NCBI RefSeq assembly: GCF_004376175.1
Contig: NZ_SNUY01000008.1
Span: 64,345-96,344, forward strand
DNA: 32,000 nucleotides
From: Halalkalibacterium halodurans
GTDB taxonomy: Bacteria > Bacillota > Bacilli > Bacillales > Bacillaceae_D
Direction: 5' to 3'
The notes below the pieces were generated by a model that was not told the origin of the DNA, did not search any database, and worked only from the letters and a program-made list of their open reading frames with translations. Position numbers and translations under genes: made by a program. Shown one piece after another: positions 8,698 through 16,858 of this stretch. The number at the start of each line of letters is the position of its first letter. Position 1 is the stretch's first letter.

Positions 8698-8888
8698 GAA
8701 GCTTGTCCTCCTTACAACGTAGGTTATTCTGTAGTATATGCTGGAAATCATTTCATATGTCATAAAATGTTCGACAATTTTCTGTGCATGGACTCAACGT
8801 CAAGTGGTGGATGCAACTGCTTCTAAATTAGGCTTGTCAACAACACCATGTTTTTAAAATAGATTTCAGGTGACATAACGGAAGGAGC

Positions 8889-10112
8889 ATGTGCGTAATT
8901 ATGACTCGAGTGACCGATACGCTACTTTATGTTGTTTTAGGAATGGCGCCACTTCTCATGGTTCTTGGGAATTCAATGTTTATCCCCATGCTACCAACGA
9001 TTCAAGCGGAATGGGGATTATCGGTTGTCCAAGGCGGATGGTTGCTTACGTCCTTTACTGTTCCAGCAGCACTCCTAATCCCTATAAGTGGGATTCTCTC
9101 TGAGCGATATGGACAAAAGCGCATTGGTTTGGCCTCTCTTGTTATTTTAGGAACGGGATGCGTCCTTTCAAGCATCGCTGTAGTGATCGAGACGCGCCCG
9201 TTTTGGCTCCTTTTAACCGGAAGAATCATTCAAGGATTAGGAACTGGAGGATTAACACCCATTTCCTTAATGGTAGCTTCAGAATTATTTTCAGGAAAAA
9301 AACGAAATGAAGCGTTAGGCTTTCTTGAAGTAAGCAATGGCATCGGAAAAATCATCAGCCCAATCATTGGAGGTTTGATACTTTTGGCTTCGTGGTATTA
9401 TTCATTTGTCGTATTATTTGCCCTTGCGTTACTAGCGTTTGTTGGTTTCTATACACTTGTGAATGAACCAAAAAAACATGAAACGACATTATCGGCTCGC
9501 GCGTATACTAAAAAGCTATCCCAATCCCTTCAAGAAAACTGGAAAATGTTCGTGCCGATCTTTATCATTGGGAGCTTAGGAATGCTCATCCTTTTTGGCT
9601 ACTTGTTTGCAGTCTCGAACATGATTGGAGAAGTTTCTCCATTCTGGAAAGGAGTCATTTTAGCCGTCCCGTTCCTTTTATTCGCGGTCGCTTCTTTTTG
9701 GACAAGTCGCTGGTTAACTCCGGAATTTGCTTCGTTCCAAAAGGCGATGATGGTCGGGACGACGCTGATGACAGGAGCAATGTTCCTCATGCTATGGCAA
9801 CATGATCGAACCATTTTGTTTATGCTTGTGAGCTTATTTTCTCTTGGGCTTGGCATGTTTTTTCCTCCTGCCAGTGCAGCGGTTGCGGCATTAACGAATA
9901 ATGTGAGTCGAAGTGTGATCATGCCTTTATATTCGATGGCCCGCTTTCTTGGTGTGGCGGTTGGACCAGTTATTTTCGGCTTTTGGCTTGAACGAAATAT
10001 TTCCATTCATACCATGAGTTTTTTTATTATATCGTTAAGTTTTTTTATCATGTGTGTCCTTTGGTATAGTGGGTTTTTAAGAAAAACCAATCTCTCCCAT
10101 GAATCGAGTTAG
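8889..10112 (+). CDS. MFS transporter
   Basis: About 12 predicted TM segments. An MFS loop 2-3-like motif GILSERYGQKR is present. The exact start is uncertain. Confidence 0.8.
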   Translation: MCVIMTRVTDTLLYVVLGMAPLLMVLGNSMFIPMLPTIQAEWGLSVVQGGWLLTSFTVPAALLIPISGILSERYGQKRIGLASLVILGTGCVLSSIAVVIETRPFWLLLTGRIIQGLGTGGLTPISLMVASELFSGKKRNEALGFLEVSNGIGKIISPIIGGLILLASWYYSFVVLFALALLAFVGFYTLVNEPKKHETTLSARAYTKKLSQSLQENWKMFVPIFIIGSLGMLILFGYLFAVSNMIGEVSPFWKGVILAVPFLLFAVASFWTSRWLTPEFASFQKAMMVGTTLMTGAMFLMLWQHDRTILFMLVSLFSLGLGMFFPPASAAVAALTNNVSRSVIMPLYSMARFLGVAVGPVIFGFWLERNISIHTMSFFIISLSFFIMCVLWYSGFLRKTNLSHESS

Positions 10113-10227
10113 TTCAAAAGTCCCTTTTCTTTTTTTGTAAGTTCGTGTTTCCTTTTAATTAGTGTGGACATTATATGAGATAGAGGGGTCACACTTTTGG
10201 TTTTAGAGATAAAAGGAGTCGATAAAT

Positions 10228-11121
10228 ATGAAAACATGGTTTAACAAATGTATGACTGTAATGTTAGCGATTTTGTTACTTGTACCATCACTTGCACCAT
10301 CAGTCGCCTTGGCAGATGCTGTAACTGGCGAAGTGATTGTCACTTTAGGACAGGATCTGTCCCAAGAACAAAGACAGCAAATTTTAAATGAAATGGGCGT
10401 AGATGATACCGTTGAAATCATCTATGTTACGAATGCAGAAGAGCATCAATATTTAGGAGACTATATTAGCGCTTCACAAATTGGAACAAGGGCGCTGTCT
10501 TCATCGAAAATTACATTAACGGAGCCAGGTACTGGGCTTCATGTGGAGTCAAATAATATCGATCGGATTGCAGATACGATGTATGCTAATGCCCTTGTCA
10601 CTGCAGGGGTTGAGGATGCAGACATTTATGTCACAGCACCGTTCCCGGTTTCTGGTACAGCTGCTCTAACGGGACTTCTTAAAGCATATGAAGTTGCAGC
10701 AGATGTCACAATTCCAGAAGAGCAAAAACAAGTGGCCAATGAAGAGATGGTTAAGACATCAGAACTAGCTGAGCGAGTAGGTGTCGAAGAGGCAACGGAG
10801 TTAATGAATCGAATTAAAGAAGAGATCGCAGCGAATCCAGTCGAAACAGAAGATGAACTTCGCGACTTGATCCGCCGACTTGCTGAAGAGCTAGGGATCA
10901 CATTAACAGATGAAGAATTAAATGGACTTGTATCCTTGTTTATGCGGATGAAGGATTTAAATATTGATTGGAACAAAGTTCAAGATGGAATCCAGCATGT
11001 ACGTGACAATTTAGACGACTTTTTAAATCGGGAAGAAACCCAGTCAATCATTCGTCGAATTCTAGATATGATTAGCGAGTTGATCGATGCCCTCATCGGA
11101 TTGTTCACGAGCTCAGAATAA
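10228..11121 (+). CDS. Secreted DUF1002 family protein (YpuA-like)
   Basis: Signal peptide ending VALA-DA. GEVIVTLGQDLSQEQRQQILNEMGV, YVTAPFPVSGTAALTGLLKAYEV, LTDEELNGLVSLFMRMKDLNIDW resemble B. subtilis YpuA/DUF1002 as I recall it. Confidence 0.7.
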   Translation: MKTWFNKCMTVMLAILLLVPSLAPSVALADAVTGEVIVTLGQDLSQEQRQQILNEMGVDDTVEIIYVTNAEEHQYLGDYISASQIGTRALSSSKITLTEPGTGLHVESNNIDRIADTMYANALVTAGVEDADIYVTAPFPVSGTAALTGLLKAYEVAADVTIPEEQKQVANEEMVKTSELAERVGVEEATELMNRIKEEIAANPVETEDELRDLIRRLAEELGITLTDEELNGLVSLFMRMKDLNIDWNKVQDGIQHVRDNLDDFLNREETQSIIRRILDMISELIDALIGLFTSSE

Positions 11122-11146
11122 AAAAGCGGAGATTTCCGCTTTTTTA
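11121..11146 (+). terminator. Rho-independent terminator after the DUF1002 gene
   Basis: AAAAAGCGGA-gatt-TCCGCTTTTTT. Confidence 0.6.
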
Positions 11147-11286
11147 TTTGCACAATACGTGAGGAAGGGATACATTTGAAGAAGAATACCGCCTAGAAGG
11201 TGAATCCTTCTTTCGGTCCATCCTCTATAAAAACTGAAACATTTTTTGCCCTCAAACGTAAATCATGGTGGAAGGAGGTCGAGGAT

Positions 11287-11937
11287 ATGGAATGGCTTGA
11301 TATCGCAAGTGTAGGTTTTGTTGTTGTCTTATTAGGCACATTATTCTTATTTGGCGAGCTTCTCGTTCGTGCTAAAGGTTTATTTGGACTTCTTGGTGTT
11401 GCAATTATGAGCTTTTACTTTTCCCATCACCTAACAGGGGATGCAGGGTTTTGGGTTGTGATCCTATACTTAGTAGGTCTTGCGTTGATCATGGTTGATG
11501 GTAAGGTGATTTCAGATGGCACGATTGCCCTGCTAGGCATTGCATTAATGATCGTCGGACTTGCGATCCCCTCACCTAGCGTTATTTACGGTATCCTTGT
11601 CGGGATGGGATTTTTAGTTGGGGGCTTTAGCTCAGCGTTATTTTTAAAGGTTTTTCCTTCACGAAACATGTGGTCAAAAATGACGCTCCGGGATCGACTA
11701 ACAGGAGATCAGGGCTATAATTCGATGAATGAAGAATATAAGTCACTCATTGGGAAGCGAGGGAAGACGATAACGCCTTTTCGCCCGACTGGCTCGGTTG
11801 AAATTGAAGGGAAGCCATACAGTGGGACGAGCGGCAGTCATTGGCTTCAAGAAAATGAACAGGTTGAAGTGGTTTCTGTTAGCGGAACGTATATTTTAGT
11901 AAAGAAAATCGAAGAACAAGATATTGAAGATAAATAA
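11287..11937 (+). CDS. NfeD family membrane protein (TM region plus C-terminal OB-fold)
   Basis: ATG 11287 follows GGAAGGAGG. Several TM helices are followed by GKRGKTITPFRPTGSVEIEGKPYSGTSGSHWLQENEQVEVVSVSGTYILVKK, the NfeD C-terminal beta-barrel pattern. Confidence 0.75.
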   Translation: MEWLDIASVGFVVVLLGTLFLFGELLVRAKGLFGLLGVAIMSFYFSHHLTGDAGFWVVILYLVGLALIMVDGKVISDGTIALLGIALMIVGLAIPSPSVIYGILVGMGFLVGGFSSALFLKVFPSRNMWSKMTLRDRLTGDQGYNSMNEEYKSLIGKRGKTITPFRPTGSVEIEGKPYSGTSGSHWLQENEQVEVVSVSGTYILVKKIEEQDIEDK

Positions 11938-11940
11938 ACA

Positions 11941-11971
11941 GGGGACGGAGTTATCCGCCGCCCTTTTTTTT
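11941..11971 (+). terminator. Terminator candidate after nfeD, overlapping the 3' end of the convergent gene
   Basis: GGGGACGG...CCGCCGCCC imperfect stem followed by a run of 8 T. Confidence 0.45.
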
Positions 11972-12730
11972 AGGTTTTGGCAATGTGTAAAGGCTAAATA
12001 CATAAAGGCCAATAGTAATCATGATCAGCAGGAGGATAGGAACTGAGTGTAATAAGGAATCGATGATTGAAAAGGCAACGGCTGGCATTGTCATAGCTAT
12101 CGCTGCCATAGACCAGAGAGCTTTATAGGTTAACCGAGCCTCTTTTGGTCGAAGCAGGAGCCCTATGGTAGCAAGCAAGCTAATACCAATATAGGCAAAG
12201 TCGGCAAACCCTACATACATAACCAAAATCGAAAGGGAAACAAAGATGAAGAAGACGCCTTGAAATTGTTCAATCGATTGCTGCAATTCGGTAGGGGAAA
12301 GAGAATGTATCCCCGAAAACTGATATTGGACCGCTTGCATGTGACCATTGTCCAAGAAAATCATTTCGGTTTTAAGGAGTGCCACCCCATTTTGGTAAGC
12401 GCTCAAATCTTTTTCCGTAACCGTACCTGTATCGTCAAGGATGAAGACCCCATCGATAAGTGCGTCTGTTATATAAGGGCGTTCATGGTGCTCCTCTAAC
12501 TGTAAATGTCCATCAACAATTTGAAACGAGGGAATGTCTTCATGTAAGATCGATTGCAGTTGAGTTACGCCATGTTGCAACGACGAGACGAGCATTATAC
12601 TTGGGGGAATGATAATGAGCAGTGTCACGAGTAAAATGTGAACGATTGCTTTTGTAATTGGAACAAACCGAGCGTATTTTATCGTTTGTATGAGATATAA
12701 GCTTTTAAATAATAGTTGAAATTGGTTCAT
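11951..12730 (-). CDS. DUF1189 family membrane protein (YvdJ-like)
   Basis: ATG 12730. The N-terminus MNQFQLLFKSLYLIQTIKYARFVPITKAIVHILLVTLL matches the usual DUF1189 start pattern (FK-SLY...I..-RF). The C-terminal half is polytopic. Confidence 0.6.
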   Translation of the reverse strand: MNQFQLLFKSLYLIQTIKYARFVPITKAIVHILLVTLLIIIPPSIMLVSSLQHGVTQLQSILHEDIPSFQIVDGHLQLEEHHERPYITDALIDGVFILDDTGTVTEKDLSAYQNGVALLKTEMIFLDNGHMQAVQYQFSGIHSLSPTELQQSIEQFQGVFFIFVSLSILVMYVGFADFAYIGISLLATIGLLLRPKEARLTYKALWSMAAIAMTMPAVAFSIIDSLLHSVPILLLIMITIGLYVFSLYTLPKPKKKGGG

Positions 12731-12826
12731 GTTTGTCCATCCTTTCCCTTCCAAGTGTACGAAAATGCCTTTGTACATTCAAGCAAAAATAAGAGGAGAA
12801 GAAAAATGTAAACGCTTTTAAAAATC

Positions 12827-12865
12827 TTAACAAAACCTTTACAAAAGATTAATAAAGGCTAAATA
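12827..12865 (+). promoter_or_regulatory. PhoP-box-like array: four hexamers at 11-bp periodicity
   Basis: TTAACA(12827)-aaacc-TTTACA(12838)-aaaga-TTAATA(12849)-aaggc-TAAATA(12860), followed 9 nt later by TATGCT (12875-12880). The B. subtilis PhoP consensus is TT(A/T/C)ACA repeated with ~5-nt spacers. Confidence 0.45.
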
Positions 12866-12950
12866 ATTCCCCCGTATGCTTGTAGAGGTTTGTCGAATAG
12901 GGGATCGGCAAATGGAACATACTAGTTTCTATTTGAAGGGATGAGAGACT

Positions 12951-14582
12951 GTGGATGCAGAGTTGCAAACATTGCTATTTATGTTTTTTGGCGGTCTAGG
13001 TATTTTCCTATTTGGGATTAAGTACATGGGGGATGGACTGCAAAAAGTAGCAGGAGAGCGCTTGCGTGATTTGTTAGATAAATTTACAACAAATCCGTTA
13101 ATGGGTGTATTAGCAGGTATCGTTGTTACCGTCTTGCTACAAACGAGTACGGGTACAACTGTTTTGACGATTGGTCTCGTCAACGCTGGTTTTATGACGC
13201 TTAAACAGGCTATCGGTGTTATAATGGGTGCGAACATTGGTACAACCGTTACTGCATTCATTATTGGGATTAAAATCTCTGAATATGCTTTGCCGATCAT
13301 TGCAGTGGGAGCAGCTTTAATCTTTTTTATTAAAAATAAAAAAGTGAACAATATTGGACAAGTTATCTTTGGTTTTGGGACGCTTTTCTATGGTTTGAAT
13401 ACAATGGGAGAAGGACTAAAGCCCCTGCGTGAGCTGCAAGCTTTTGCTGATTTAACGGTAAGCATGAGTGAAAACCCACTTTTAGGAGTACTAATCGGAA
13501 CGATTTTCACCGCAGCGGTACAAAGCTCCAGTGCATCAATCGGGCTCCTGCAACAGCTTTACGATCAAGGGGCAATGGACTTATTTGCAGCTTTACCGGT
13601 CTTATTTGGTGATAACATTGGAACAACGATTACCGCAGTGCTTGCGGCCATTGGTGCATCGGTAGCGGCGAAACGTGCAGCATTAACTCATGTGATTTTT
13701 AACTTAATTGGAACGATCATTGTTTTAATTATCATTATTCCGTTTACACACTTTATTGCTTATTTAGCAGAGGTATTTGCTTTGAATCGTCCAATGACGA
13801 TTGCATTTGCCCACGGAATTTTTAATGTATCGAATACACTCATCCAACTTCCATTTATCGGGATCTTGGCGATCATTGTAACTAAGCTCGTCCCTGGAGA
13901 CGATTTCTACATTGAATATAAGGCGAAGCATTTAGATCCGCGTTTTGTCGGTAGCTCACCAGCGATTGCCCTTGGACAGGCGAAACAGGAAGTATTGCGG
14001 ATGGCTGAGTTTTCTGAAAAAGGGCTACTCGAAGTAAGTAAATACATGGAAAATGGTCAAAAGAAACATGCGGAAATGGCGGTTCAATTTGAAGATGCCA
14101 TCAACAATCTCGATCGGAAAATTACCGAATATTTAATTTCGATCTCCTCTCGCTCCTTGTCGGCTCAGGATTCAAAAATGCACGGAATGCTGATGGATAC
14201 CGTACGTGATATTGAACGAATCGGAGATCATATTGAAAACATTGTGGAGTTAAAGGATTATCAGAAAGCGAACAAAGTAAAAATTTCAGAAAAAGCACTC
14301 CATGACCTTCAGGAAATGTTTGATCTTACACATTCAACATTGACAGAAGCGATCATGTCCTTAGAGACAGGGGATCTTGAGGCTGCTCGTTCTGTTATCG
14401 AAAAAGAAGAGCATATCGATCAAATGGAACGTAAATTACGCAAGCAGCATATCATTCGTGTGAATGAAGGGAATTGTACAGGTGCTGCTGGTATCGTTTT
14501 TGTCGACATTGTAAGTAACCTTGAACGGATTGGCGACCATTCTGTCAACATTGCTGAAGCGGTCATCGGAGAAAATCGTTAG
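12951..14582 (+). CDS. Na+/phosphate cotransporter family protein with C-terminal PhoU-like repeats
   Basis: Two Na_Pi_cotrans repeats (QSSTGTTVLTIGLV... and QSSSASIGLLQ) and duplicated PhoU-like motifs (ERIGDH twice). GTG start after GAAGGGATGAGAG. Confidence 0.9.
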   Translation: MDAELQTLLFMFFGGLGIFLFGIKYMGDGLQKVAGERLRDLLDKFTTNPLMGVLAGIVVTVLLQTSTGTTVLTIGLVNAGFMTLKQAIGVIMGANIGTTVTAFIIGIKISEYALPIIAVGAALIFFIKNKKVNNIGQVIFGFGTLFYGLNTMGEGLKPLRELQAFADLTVSMSENPLLGVLIGTIFTAAVQSSSASIGLLQQLYDQGAMDLFAALPVLFGDNIGTTITAVLAAIGASVAAKRAALTHVIFNLIGTIIVLIIIIPFTHFIAYLAEVFALNRPMTIAFAHGIFNVSNTLIQLPFIGILAIIVTKLVPGDDFYIEYKAKHLDPRFVGSSPAIALGQAKQEVLRMAEFSEKGLLEVSKYMENGQKKHAEMAVQFEDAINNLDRKITEYLISISSRSLSAQDSKMHGMLMDTVRDIERIGDHIENIVELKDYQKANKVKISEKALHDLQEMFDLTHSTLTEAIMSLETGDLEAARSVIEKEEHIDQMERKLRKQHIIRVNEGNCTGAAGIVFVDIVSNLERIGDHSVNIAEAVIGENR

Positions 14583-14585
14583 AAG

Positions 14586-14614
14586 AAAAGCAGAGACGCC
14601 TCTGCTTTTCTTTT
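14586..14614 (+). terminator. Rho-independent terminator
   Basis: AAAAGCAGAG-acgc-CTCTGCTTTTCTTTT. Confidence 0.65.
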
Positions 14615-14645
14615 CAATATCAACAAAAATCTACAGGAAAAAGCA

Positions 14646-14674
14646 TTGACTAGATGGACAAACAGTGGTAATAT
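14646..14674 (+). promoter_or_regulatory. SigmaA promoter of the tRNA operon (TTGACT-17-TAATAT)
   Basis: TTGACT at 14646-14651 and TAATAT at 14669-14674, with an exact 17-nt spacer, about 20 nt upstream of the first tRNA. Confidence 0.6.
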
Positions 14675-14692
14675 TATTCTTGTCTTTCTTGT

Positions 14693-14767
14693 TCCACAGT
14701 AGCTCAGTGGTAGAGCAATCGGCTGTTAACCGATCGGTCGTAGGTTCGAGTCCTACCTGTGGAGCCA
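14693..14767 (+). tRNA. tRNA-Asn (anticodon GTT), CCA encoded
   Basis: Acceptor stem TCCACAG/CTGTGGA, D-loop AGCTCAGTGGTAGAGC, anticodon loop CTGTTAA, T-arm GGTTCGAGTCC, 3' GCCA. Confidence 0.92.
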
Positions 14768-14773
14768 TGATAT

Positions 14774-14847
14774 GGCGGTGTAGCTCAGCTGGCTAGAGCG
14801 TACGGTTCATACCCGTGAGGTCGGGGGTTCGATTCCCTCCGCCGCTA
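14774..14847 (+). tRNA. tRNA-Met (elongator, anticodon CAT), CCA not encoded
   Basis: GGCGGTGTAGCTCAGCTGGCTAGAGCGTACGGTTCATACCCGTGAGGTCGGGGGTTCGATTCCCTCCGCCGCTA forms a cloverleaf. It lacks the initiator features (no 1:72 mismatch and no GGG/CCC anticodon stem). Confidence 0.85.
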
Positions 14848-14896
14848 TTCCTTTTTTACCGCATGAATGTGTGCTAGAAAGATTAAGATGATAGTT

Positions 14897-14973
14897 GGAC
14901 CCTTAGCTCAGTTGGTCAGAGCAGTCGGCTCATAACCGATCGGTCGTAGGTTCGAGTCCTACAGGGTCCACCA
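14897..14973 (+). tRNA. tRNA-Ile2 (anticodon CAT, lysidine-modified type); a Met reading cannot be fully excluded
   Basis: GGACCCTTAGCTCAGTTGGTCAGAGCAGTCGGCTCATAACCGATCGGTCGTAGGTTCGAGTCCTACAGGGTCCACCA. The backbone resembles Bacillus tRNA-Ile(CAU) as I remember it. Confidence 0.7.
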
Positions 14974-14987
14974 TGAGTATTTATGTT

Positions 14988-15080
14988 GGAGGAGTACCCA
15001 AGTCTGGCTGAAGGGATCGGTCTTGAAAACCGACAGGCGGGTTAAACCGCGCGGGGGTTCGAATCCCTCCTCCTCCGCCA
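14988..15080 (+). tRNA. tRNA-Ser (anticodon TGA), long variable arm, CCA encoded
   Basis: GGAGGAGTACCCAAGTCTGGCTGAAGGGATCGGTCTTGAAAACCGACAGGCGGGTTAAACCGCGCGGGGGTTCGAATCCCTCCTCCTCCGCCA is a class II tRNA. Confidence 0.92.
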
Positions 15081-15095
15081 TACATACAGATGTTC

Positions 15096-15127
15096 AAACT
15101 ATAGCATGGATGCTGTAGTTTTTTTGT
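15096..15127 (+). terminator. Terminator of the tRNA operon
   Basis: AAACTATAGCA-tgga-TGCTGTAGTTTTTTTT. Confidence 0.65.
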
Positions 15128-15416
15128 GTTCTAAAATGTTGCTTTCACGATCGGCCTTGGCAACAAACCAAACTACTTTAACTAGCGATGTCAGGGTAGG
15201 GGAGCCGAGCACGATGACTTCTGTGAGCCTTCTACAGTCAGCATGAGCACATGAAATAAGCTCGCCGCGATTCCTTAATAGCTGTAGCCTCGGTCAATTG
15301 GTTGCTAACGGCTTTTATTTTTTTTTTTAATCGATATGTCGTCTCTGTTAAAAGAAACCCTCTAGGTATAAGGTGAATACACTGGCTAAAACGACTTACA
15401 AAAAGGGGCGACGAGG

Positions 15417-15887
15417 ATGATCATTCGGGAAGCAACCGTTCAAGATTATGAAGAGGTGGCAAGGCTACACACCCAAGTGCACGAAGCGCATGTGAAGGAG
15501 AGGGGAGATATTTTTCGTTCCAACGAGCCAACGCTAAATCCGAGTTTTTTTCAAGCAGCTGTCCAAGGCGAAAAATCAACCGTGTTAGTGTTCGTTGATG
15601 AGCGAGAAAAAATTGGAGCGTACAGTGTGATTCATCTCGTACAAACACCTCTCCTTCCAACGATGCAGCAGAGGAAAACGGTGTATATTTCAGATCTATG
15701 TGTAGATGAGACAAGACGGGGCGGTGGAATTGGTCGACTTATTTTTGAAGCGATTATTTCCTATGGGAAAGCCCATCAGGTGGATGCGATTGAATTGGAT
15801 GTGTATGACTTTAACGATCGGGCTAAAGCTTTTTACCACAGCTTGGGCATGCGATGTCAAAAACAGACGATGGAGCTTCCTCTTTAA
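15417..15887 (+). CDS. GNAT family N-acetyltransferase
   Basis: Acetyl-CoA binding motif RRGGGIGRLIF. Typical GNAT size (156 aa) and C-terminal AKAFYHSLGM. Confidence 0.85.
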   Translation: MIIREATVQDYEEVARLHTQVHEAHVKERGDIFRSNEPTLNPSFFQAAVQGEKSTVLVFVDEREKIGAYSVIHLVQTPLLPTMQQRKTVYISDLCVDETRRGGGIGRLIFEAIISYGKAHQVDAIELDVYDFNDRAKAFYHSLGMRCQKQTMELPL

Positions 15888-16108
15888 GAAAATGGTTTAA
15901 GCTATGGTTAAACAGGGTATCGTATAAAAGCATATGGGGAAAGCAAGCCATGAGCGTTTTCGTTGAAAGCTTGTTCGAAATTTGCTATTGTATTGATGGG
16001 GCAACTTAATAAACATTTCTATTGACTAACTTGTTTTACTATTTTGGAGGGATTTCCCTCCAAATTCATTCTTTATTATTTCACGTTTATCAAGGAGGAG
16101 ATCGTATT

Positions 16109-16717
16109 ATGGCTTTTGAACTACCAAAACTACCGTATCCTGCAAATGCACTTGAACCACACATCGATGAGGCAACGATGAACATTCACCACGGGAAGCA
16201 CCATAACACGTATGTAACAAAATTAAATGCAGCTCTTGAAGGTCACAGTGCTCTTGCTGAAAAGTCAATTGAAGCGCTTGTCAGCGACCTCGATGCTGTA
16301 CCAGAAAACATTCGTACAGCAGTCCGCAATAATGGTGGTGGCCATGCAAACCACACGCTTTTCTGGCAAATTCTTAGCCCGAATGGTGGAGGCGCTCCTA
16401 CTGGTGAGCTTGCAGATGCGATCAATGCTGAATTCGGTAGCTTTGATCAATTCAAAGAAAAATTTGCAGACGCAGCAGCAAACCGCTTCGGTTCTGGCTG
16501 GGCGTGGCTTGTTGTCAATGATGGCAAACTAGAAATCACAAGCACTCCAAACCAAGATACGCCATTAATGGAAGGGAAAACACCAATTCTTGGCTTAGAC
16601 GTATGGGAGCATGCATACTACTTGAATTACCAAAACCGTCGTCCTGATTACATTTCAGCTTTCTGGAACGTTGTCAATTGGGACGAAGTAGCGAAGCGTT
16701 ACAACGAAGCAAAATAA
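16109..16717 (+). CDS. sodA: Superoxide dismutase [Mn]
   Basis: [32 protein letters not shown]...FGSGWAWL...[22 protein letters not shown] 16109 follows AAGGAGGAG. Confidence 0.96.
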   Translation: MAFELPKLPYPANALEPHIDEATMNIHHGKHHNTYVTKLNAALEGHSALAEKSIEALVSDLDAVPENIRTAVRNNGGGHANHTLFWQILSPNGGGAPTGELADAINAEFGSFDQFKEKFADAAANRFGSGWAWLVVNDGKLEITSTPNQDTPLMEGKTPILGLDVWEHAYYLNYQNRRPDYISAFWNVVNWDEVAKRYNEAK

Positions 16718-16732
16718 GTCTGATGTTTACAT

Positions 16733-16770
16733 AGAGGGGCCATTTACAATGATGGACCCCTCTTATTTTT
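16733..16770 (+). terminator. Rho-independent terminator after sodA
   Basis: AGAGGGGCCAT...ATGGaCCCCTCT stem followed by TATTTTTT. Confidence 0.7.
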
Positions 16771-16858
16771 TGTAGGTAAATCTCGTTCGATCTCCCCCTG
16801 TCTCAATGCATAACGTGACTAAACCGACACACACTAAAACAGAAGGTGGTGGGTCGGT

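Noticed and set aside
12929-13351. 140-aa minus-strand ORF.
   Set aside because: It is antisense to the Na/Pi cotransporter gene and has no start context. The same reasoning applies to the other short antisense ORFs in the track: 1753..2040, 3428..3646, 9002..9229, 9599..10006, 10626..10976, 16227..16532, 17224..17442, 19364..19570, 22314..23287, 26637..27067, 29054..29260 and 31043..31459.
14716-14955. 29-nt identical segment (AACCGATCGGTCGTAGGTTCGAGTCCTAC) occurring twice.
   Set aside because: It is the shared anticodon-stem and T-arm half of tRNA-Asn and tRNA-Ile2. This is ordinary tRNA sequence conservation, not a mobile-element repeat.
16056-16062. TCCCTCC upstream of sodA as a possible att-site remnant repeating the tRNA-Ser 3' end. 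It would bracket the GNAT gene as an island.
   Set aside because: Only 7-8 nt match, and the motif is fully explained as one arm of the local 20-bp palindrome.
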